Below are positions 28,401 to 32,000 of a stretch of 32,000 nt of DNA, one piece after another. The stretch lies in the NCBI RefSeq assembly GCF_000010625.1, contig NC_010296.1, positions 5,190,001-5,222,000 of the forward strand. The letters are read 5' to 3'. Source of the DNA: Microcystis aeruginosa NIES-843. Its GTDB lineage: Bacteria; Cyanobacteriota; Cyanobacteriia; Cyanobacteriales; Microcystaceae. A program made the translations under genes and the position numbers. The stretch's first letter is position 1, and each line of letters opens with the position of its first letter. The notes under the pieces were generated by a model. That model saw only the letters and a program-made list of their open reading frames with translations, searched no databases and had not been told where the DNA came from.

Positions 28401-29745
28401 TATAAGCAAAATTAGGAGCCCAACTATGGCTAATTCGATATTGATCAATTAAATCTAACCAATTCAAAGGACGACCTAATATATATTCAGTTTGAACATA
28501 AACCATTTGGCATCCTAACTCGACACAGCGAATATTCCAGTCGGAAATACTTCCAATATGATCAAAAGGAAGCCAATTAAGAATAATATCGTCGTTTTGA
28601 TGTTCACAAATGATGTTTGTTCCTCGCGCACGAGAGATCACATTTTTATGGGTTAATGAAATACATTTCGGTATTCCTGTACTGCCTGATGTTAGATTAA
28701 AGAACGCGATATCATCCGGTTGACCAATAGGAGGCTGATGGGGAGAATGAGTTTTTAATTCTTCAATAAAACTCAAGCTTAAGGGTTGATTAGGCAACCA
28801 TTGTTCTAAATATTTTATCTCTTGCTGACGGGATTGATTTGTGATAATAATAGGTTCATCTAACAACTGCCAAACTTGAGATATTTTATGAATTTCATTA
28901 TTAAAATCTTTATAGCTGGGTGGCACTGAAATAATAAAAGGAATAAATCCCCCTAAAAGACACCCCCAAAATGCGGAAATAATATCATAGTTTTCCGATA
29001 GCTGAAGAATTACTTTATCTTGAGCTTGTAAACCCTGCTTTTGTAATCCGGCTTGTATTTGTTGAGCGTCTTCCCATAATTGTTGATAAGACTGAAAAAC
29101 TTCCAATCCATTAGATTGAATATAAATAATCCCTTTATTTGAATGATTTTCAGCAGCTTTTTGGAGGATTTCTGCCAAGGTTTTCGGTTGAAGTTCAGAT
29201 TCTTCTAAAAGCTGTCCGTGACTGATTCCAGCTTGAGTGTTAGAAGTGTGAATCCCCAGATGAATCGGGGTTTCAGATTTTTGATGATCATTTTTTTTCT
29301 CTATTTTTAAGGGCAATAAGTCCGATAGATGTAGGGGTAAAATTTTGATTTTTTTGGAAGTCATGACGACGGCAACTTGATCAATGTCTGACAAAGAGCG
29401 TAGTTTTTCTTCTGTCTCCTGAACTTGATGATCATCGATAATTTCAATATTCTTTAATGCAGTTTCATCGACATCACCGCTATCGGTTAAGGGTAAACTG
29501 GAAATCTGCACATAGATATTAGGCAGAAGATTGTCCGGTAACTGAGACTGTAAATCGGAGGACAATTGTTCAGAATTCCAAGCTCCAGAGGAAACGATAT
29601 AGGCGACTAATTCCCCCTCCCGTACCATAAAATAGCAATCTTCAATTAAGGGATTTGATAAAAAGACTTCTGCTAATTTCTGACAATTTAATTGTGGATT
29701 TTTCTGTTCTGTCCTCATACCTAAAATCCTCGTTTTTGTGTACAT
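25459..29745 (-). CDS. aerA: Loading module: FAAL/acyl-AMP-ligase-type A domain, PKS-type ketoreductase, carrier protein (arylpyruvate to aryl-lactate, Hpla starter)
   Basis: 1428 aa. Motifs seen:
- FAAL-like A domain: LTSGSTGIPK, FGMAEMG, WFKTGDLAF, ITGRSKETIIINGVNYYSHEIE, TSIGKIQR.
- KR domain: ITGGLGGIGRQ with catalytic GSYAAAN.
- Carrier domain: LGGHSLLA.
An alternative start is ATG 29718 (M10), which has GAGGA about 9 nt upstream. Confidence 0.9.
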   Translation of the reverse strand: MYTKTRILGMRTEQKNPQLNCQKLAEVFLSNPLIEDCYFMVREGELVAYIVSSGAWNSEQLSSDLQSQLPDNLLPNIYVQISSLPLTDSGDVDETALKNIEIIDDHQVQETEEKLRSLSDIDQVAVVMTSKKIKILPLHLSDLLPLKIEKKNDHQKSETPIHLGIHTSNTQAGISHGQLLEESELQPKTLAEILQKAAENHSNKGIIYIQSNGLEVFQSYQQLWEDAQQIQAGLQKQGLQAQDKVILQLSENYDIISAFWGCLLGGFIPFIISVPPSYKDFNNEIHKISQVWQLLDEPIIITNQSRQQEIKYLEQWLPNQPLSLSFIEELKTHSPHQPPIGQPDDIAFFNLTSGSTGIPKCISLTHKNVISRARGTNIICEHQNDDIILNWLPFDHIGSISDWNIRCVELGCQMVYVQTEYILGRPLNWLDLIDQYRISHSWAPNFAYNLINEALKKEPDQNWNLDCVKFFLAAGEAVSGQAVGEFINTLHLQYNLKKTAMRPAFGMAEMGSGITYYQPTDQQPLLFHTVDKLSLNSSLKRVHPEHPNGATFTDLGLPIPGISIRIVNADNSLLPEETIGHLQVKGDAVSPGYYKNPEANQDAFLKDGWFKTGDLAFISNGHLVITGRSKETIIINGVNYYSHEIETVVETIEEVEVSYTAACAVYDPRNSTDQLALFFSAETFDHQHLAELLKKIRRKVINSFGVNPEYLIPLNKTEIPKTSIGKIQRSQLTKRFANGEFNSILKEIDILLENDQTIPDWFYQKVWKPRSPVNLKTELSKYCSLIFLDCLGLGASLAEKIQGQNLPCITVLAAEEFSQISQNCYTLRPGTANHYQQLMASLSERKIILSNIIHLGTYQDYQGEISTIEQLEKALEKGTYDLLFLVQALAKIHDLNLKIELLFVSSYSQFVIENDEIGYEKSPVLGLIKTLAQELPWLNTRHVDLPLDQTEINVSYLLQELSVLSKEREIAYRNGKRLIAGLEKVNLLQHSQQELPFKSGGIYLITGGLGGIGRQIAQYLLKNYQARLLLIGKTPLPEKHLWSEYLKVEDQLSLKIKNLQALENLGGEVIYQGVDVANFPQVKQAVEQVKKQWQGELNGVIHLAGIYKDCLLLDENQEGLSTILRPKVIGTWVLHQLLKESQGIFISFSSLASFFGGAALGSYAAANSFLESLNSYQKSKNLFPSYCYSWTTWQETGISQGYQMQYITRSQGYYDMTVRQGLDSFLTSLYHNQRQLMIGLDGSNSKINRFTSRSEGCQKLTAYYTRKSTVQSVNLPNHVSLKDRFGTSYQCPLVLRQSLPIKDNGDIDKRQLLKELQGKENNELIAPRTEAERQVANIWQKVLNLSQIGIHDNFFELGGHSLLASQVISRLRDVFSVELSLHSLLEYPTVASLTQTIEVLNVAKNSHSLSKSGKVMTTAAENYEEGEL

Positions 29746-29759
29746 CTTGCCAATTCAAT

Positions 29760-30160
29760 TCAATTCTGAATTTCATCACTGTCTGAGCTATCACATAATA
29801 GCTCATTCGGGGTACGATAGTCAAGACATTTTCGAGGACGATTGTTAACCAAGTTTACTGCTCTTTTTACCTCCTCTGGCTTAAGGATTTTAAAATTCCT
29901 TTTCTTGGGAAAGAATTGTCTTAACAGTCCATTAGTATGCTCGTTTAATCCCCTCTCCCAAGAAATTTTGTAGATGGTTTCTTGACATCCTGACCGCCGT
30001 AAAACGGACGGCGATTCCCAAAACTCACAATTTGGGTTTCTGCTTCATAGATGACATGACATCCCAGCAAGACGGCTATTTGCCGTTGAGATAAATTTAC
30101 CTCTTGACCAAGTTGGTAGAGCAAGTTTCTTGGTTCTATGTTAGGATGTTGGTGGCTTCA
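29760..30160 (-). pseudogene. IS30-family transposase relic (N-terminal HTH part joined to C-terminal part; catalytic core deleted; frame broken)
   Basis: My hand translation of the minus strand gives two pieces:
- 29760-29975: WERGLNEHTNGLLRQFFPKKRNFKILKPEEVKRAVNLVNNRPRKCLDYRTPNELL, followed by a stop. This is the conserved IS30 C-terminus (W-x-RG-x-NE-x-TNGLLRQ-(Y/F)-FPK ... NNRPRK).
- About 30010-30140, in another frame: IEPRNLLYQLGQEVNLSQRQIAVLLGCHVIYEAE. This looks like the IS30 N-terminal HTH.
An early stop follows ATG 30160 (MKPPTS*). Confidence 0.6.
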
Positions 30161-30303
30161 TTTTTGGGTCTGATTTGTTGTTGTTAAAGATCAGAATATA
30201 CCTGATGAGCCTTTCTCTGTCAACTCTTAAGGCTGATGCGTTTCCTTTTTGAATTGGCGTTTTTGTTGGTAACGAAGCTGATAAGCGGTAGGGTGAATAA
30301 AAA

Positions 30304-31089
30304 ATGACAGAACAAGCTTGGTGGGTACAAAAATGGCTGGAACTACTCGATTCCTATCGCTTTAAAAAACGCTTGGAACGAGCTAGACTTTACGCCAGAG
30401 AAGGCAATGTTTTAAGTATTGACTTTGAAGACTCGCAAGTTATTGCCAGAGTACAAGGCAGTGAACCAGAGCCTTATATAGTGGATTTATCCCTAGTCGC
30501 TTTTAGTGATGAAGAATGGGATTATATTATTAAGCTTCTCTCCAAAAAGGCCATTTATTCCGCTCAATTGCTCACGGGACAAATGCCCGATCATATCGAG
30601 CGTGTTTTTATCGATAGTGGGGTGAATTTATTTCCCTTTTCCCTAGCTGATATTCGCTCTCGTTGTACCTGTCCCGATCAAGCCAACCCCTGCAAACATA
30701 TAGGAGCAGTATATTATCAATTGGGCGATCGTTTTAGCGTCGATCCCTTCTTGCTTTTGCAACTGCGCGGCCGAACCAAAAGCCAAATTCTGGAAGCTTT
30801 ACGAGAAAAACGCTCCTATTCCTCTGATAATCAACCTTTAGCAGTCAGTGAACCCCCCACAGTAGTCGAAAAAACTGCCCCCGACAGCACTATCGATCGC
30901 TTTTGGCAGTACGATGAGGAGCTAGACCCCTCCCTAGTTGTGATTACGCCGGGGAATGAAAATCAAACCATTCTCGACATTTTAGGCAATTTTCCCCTCG
31001 CTGCCCCCGAATCAGATGCCATAGAACAATTTTTAAAACCAATTTACCGGCAAATTCCCCAAGAAGCGATGGCGATTGCTTTACAGTAG
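30304..31089 (+). CDS. SWIM zinc-finger domain protein
   Basis: 261 aa with the SWIM CxCxnCxH motif CTCPDQANPCKH. Confidence 0.75.
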   Translation: MTEQAWWVQKWLELLDSYRFKKRLERARLYAREGNVLSIDFEDSQVIARVQGSEPEPYIVDLSLVAFSDEEWDYIIKLLSKKAIYSAQLLTGQMPDHIERVFIDSGVNLFPFSLADIRSRCTCPDQANPCKHIGAVYYQLGDRFSVDPFLLLQLRGRTKSQILEALREKRSYSSDNQPLAVSEPPTVVEKTAPDSTIDRFWQYDEELDPSLVVITPGNENQTILDILGNFPLAAPESDAIEQFLKPIYRQIPQEAMAIALQ

Positions 31090-31131
31090 GGGAATTTGAG
31101 GTATATAGTTATTTCAAATAAGAACGAGACA

Positions 31132-31980
31132 CTAGGCGACACAATAAGTACGAATAATTTCATCAAGGGGTGTCCCCACAGGAGCATACATTCTTGCCCT
31201 CTTTAATGCACTAAAATCATGTTCGATATCATTTAAATCAGGAGAGTATTTTGGCAAAAACACGACCTGATGACCTGCTTCCTCTACCAGTTGTTTAATG
31301 ACTGTCTTCCGATGAATTGGTGCATTATCCATAATTAATACTGATGTTATGGTTAGAGAGGGCAACAAATATAAAGATAACCACCCTTCAAAACCTTCGG
31401 CATTCAGGCTTCTCGTAAATACCATCGGTGCAATAAAGTCTTTTTTTCCCTTTCTTCTACCAGCGACAAGGTTCTCTCTTTTTCCTCGTTTTCCTTGTCT
31501 ATCTCCAAAGACTTTCTTCCCTTTTTTTGACCAAGCATAAAAACAGGCTTGAAATTCTTCAAACCCTGACTCATCAATAAATACAAGGCTTTCACTTCCA
31601 TATATTTTAATCAATTCTCTCAGCACTCTGTAGTATTTCATTCTTTCTTCTCGGTTTCTTTCTCTATAACGAAGTTCCTTCTTTTTTCTGGTAACTTTCA
31701 TGTTTTTTAAGGCATAGCAAATGGCACTTGGTCTCACTCCAAATTTCTCGGCTCTGTCTCTTAATCTTGCCTCGGGATTTTCTTGGACATCTTTTGACAG
31801 TGCTTTCCAGTCCAGCTTTCTCTGACGGTGTTTTACCTTTGTTGCTTCCAGTTTTTCCCTACCTAGCCATCTATATATCGTCGCTCTTCCTATATTAAAT
31901 AGAGCGGCGGCTTTGGTTATGCTTCCCCCATTCTCTACATAATCGATTACTTTTTTTCTCAAGTCTAGGCTATAAGACAT
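31132..31980 (-). CDS. IS630-family (Tc1/mariner-like, DDE_3) transposase, apparently intact
   Basis: 282 aa with an N-terminal HTH (ITKAAALFNIGRATIYRWL) and a DDE triad context (VFIDESGF, LIMDNAPIHR, LPKYSPDLNDIEHDF). I could not identify terminal inverted repeats. The right end of the element probably lies beyond the window. Confidence 0.85.
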   Translation of the reverse strand: MSYSLDLRKKVIDYVENGGSITKAAALFNIGRATIYRWLGREKLEATKVKHRQRKLDWKALSKDVQENPEARLRDRAEKFGVRPSAICYALKNMKVTRKKKELRYRERNREERMKYYRVLRELIKIYGSESLVFIDESGFEEFQACFYAWSKKGKKVFGDRQGKRGKRENLVAGRRKGKKDFIAPMVFTRSLNAEGFEGWLSLYLLPSLTITSVLIMDNAPIHRKTVIKQLVEEAGHQVVFLPKYSPDLNDIEHDFSALKRARMYAPVGTPLDEIIRTYCVA

Positions 31981-32000
31981 TTTTCTGTATGGGTTGCTCG

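Noticed and set aside
29751-29766. (CAATT)x3 micro-tandem repeat upstream of aerA
   Set aside because: It is too short to distinguish from chance in AT-rich DNA, and I can assign no function.
29642-29824. 60-aa minus-strand ORF spanning the aerA start
   Set aside because: It overlaps the aerA N-terminus in another frame and the tail of the IS30 relic. It is a frame artefact.
31349-31601. 63-aa + strand and 65-aa minus-strand ORFs inside the IS630 transposase
   Set aside because: They are nested in the intact 282-aa transposase frame. I see no evidence for a frameshifted two-ORF arrangement.
1-32000. Looked for CRISPR arrays, tRNA, rRNA or other structured RNA genes
   Set aside because: I saw no regularly spaced direct repeats and no cloverleaf-like or rRNA-like sequence. 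Intergenic regions are short or AT-rich without recognisable RNA gene features. A tRNAscan or Infernal run would be the definitive check.

Overview
This window looks cyanobacterial. Protein sequences, HIP1 octamers (GCGATCGC) and IS630-type elements suggest a Microcystis-like genome, but that is inference without a database search.

Layout:
- 1-4320: core genes. These are the ndhA-ndhI-ndhG-ndhE operon on the minus strand (ndhE runs off the left edge), pyrE, and a small exported hypothetical protein.
- 4435-29745: one block of 12 co-directional minus-strand genes. I recognise it as an aeruginosin-type (aer) NRPS cluster.
- 29760-32000: a decayed IS30-family transposase, a SWIM zinc-finger gene and an intact IS630-family transposase.

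Gene order of the aer block, in transcription order:
1. aerA: FAAL-like A domain, KR, T (loading module).
2. aerB: docking domain, C, A, T, E.
3. A type-2 IPP-isomerase-family FMN enzyme.
4. aerD: prephenate decarboxylase.
5. aerE: cupin.
6. aerF: SDR.
7. A sulfotransferase.
8. aerG1: DCL-type C, A, T.
9. A second SDR.
10. aerG2: C, A, T and a terminal reductase.
11. A hexapeptide-repeat acyltransferase.
12. An SbmA/ABCD-type ABC transporter.

All NRPS reading frames are intact. The predicted product is a sulfated Hpla - D-aromatic (Tyr-like) - Choi - Arg-derived aldehyde or alcohol.

I see no wholly unprecedented system; the aer family is already described. The parts this does not explain are:
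- The IPP-isomerase-like gene, translationally coupled to aerD.
- Two vestigial A-subdomain-like segments in AerA, each with Asp in place of the A10 Lys.
- An excisionase/MerR-like HTH-looking tail on the ABC transporter.
- An orphan acyltransferase and an extra SDR, with no aminotransferase in the block.
- The island-like context: the block is AT-rich and an IS relic sits at its border.

No tRNA, rRNA or CRISPR array was seen. All family assignments come from motif reading by eye and memory, not from searches.
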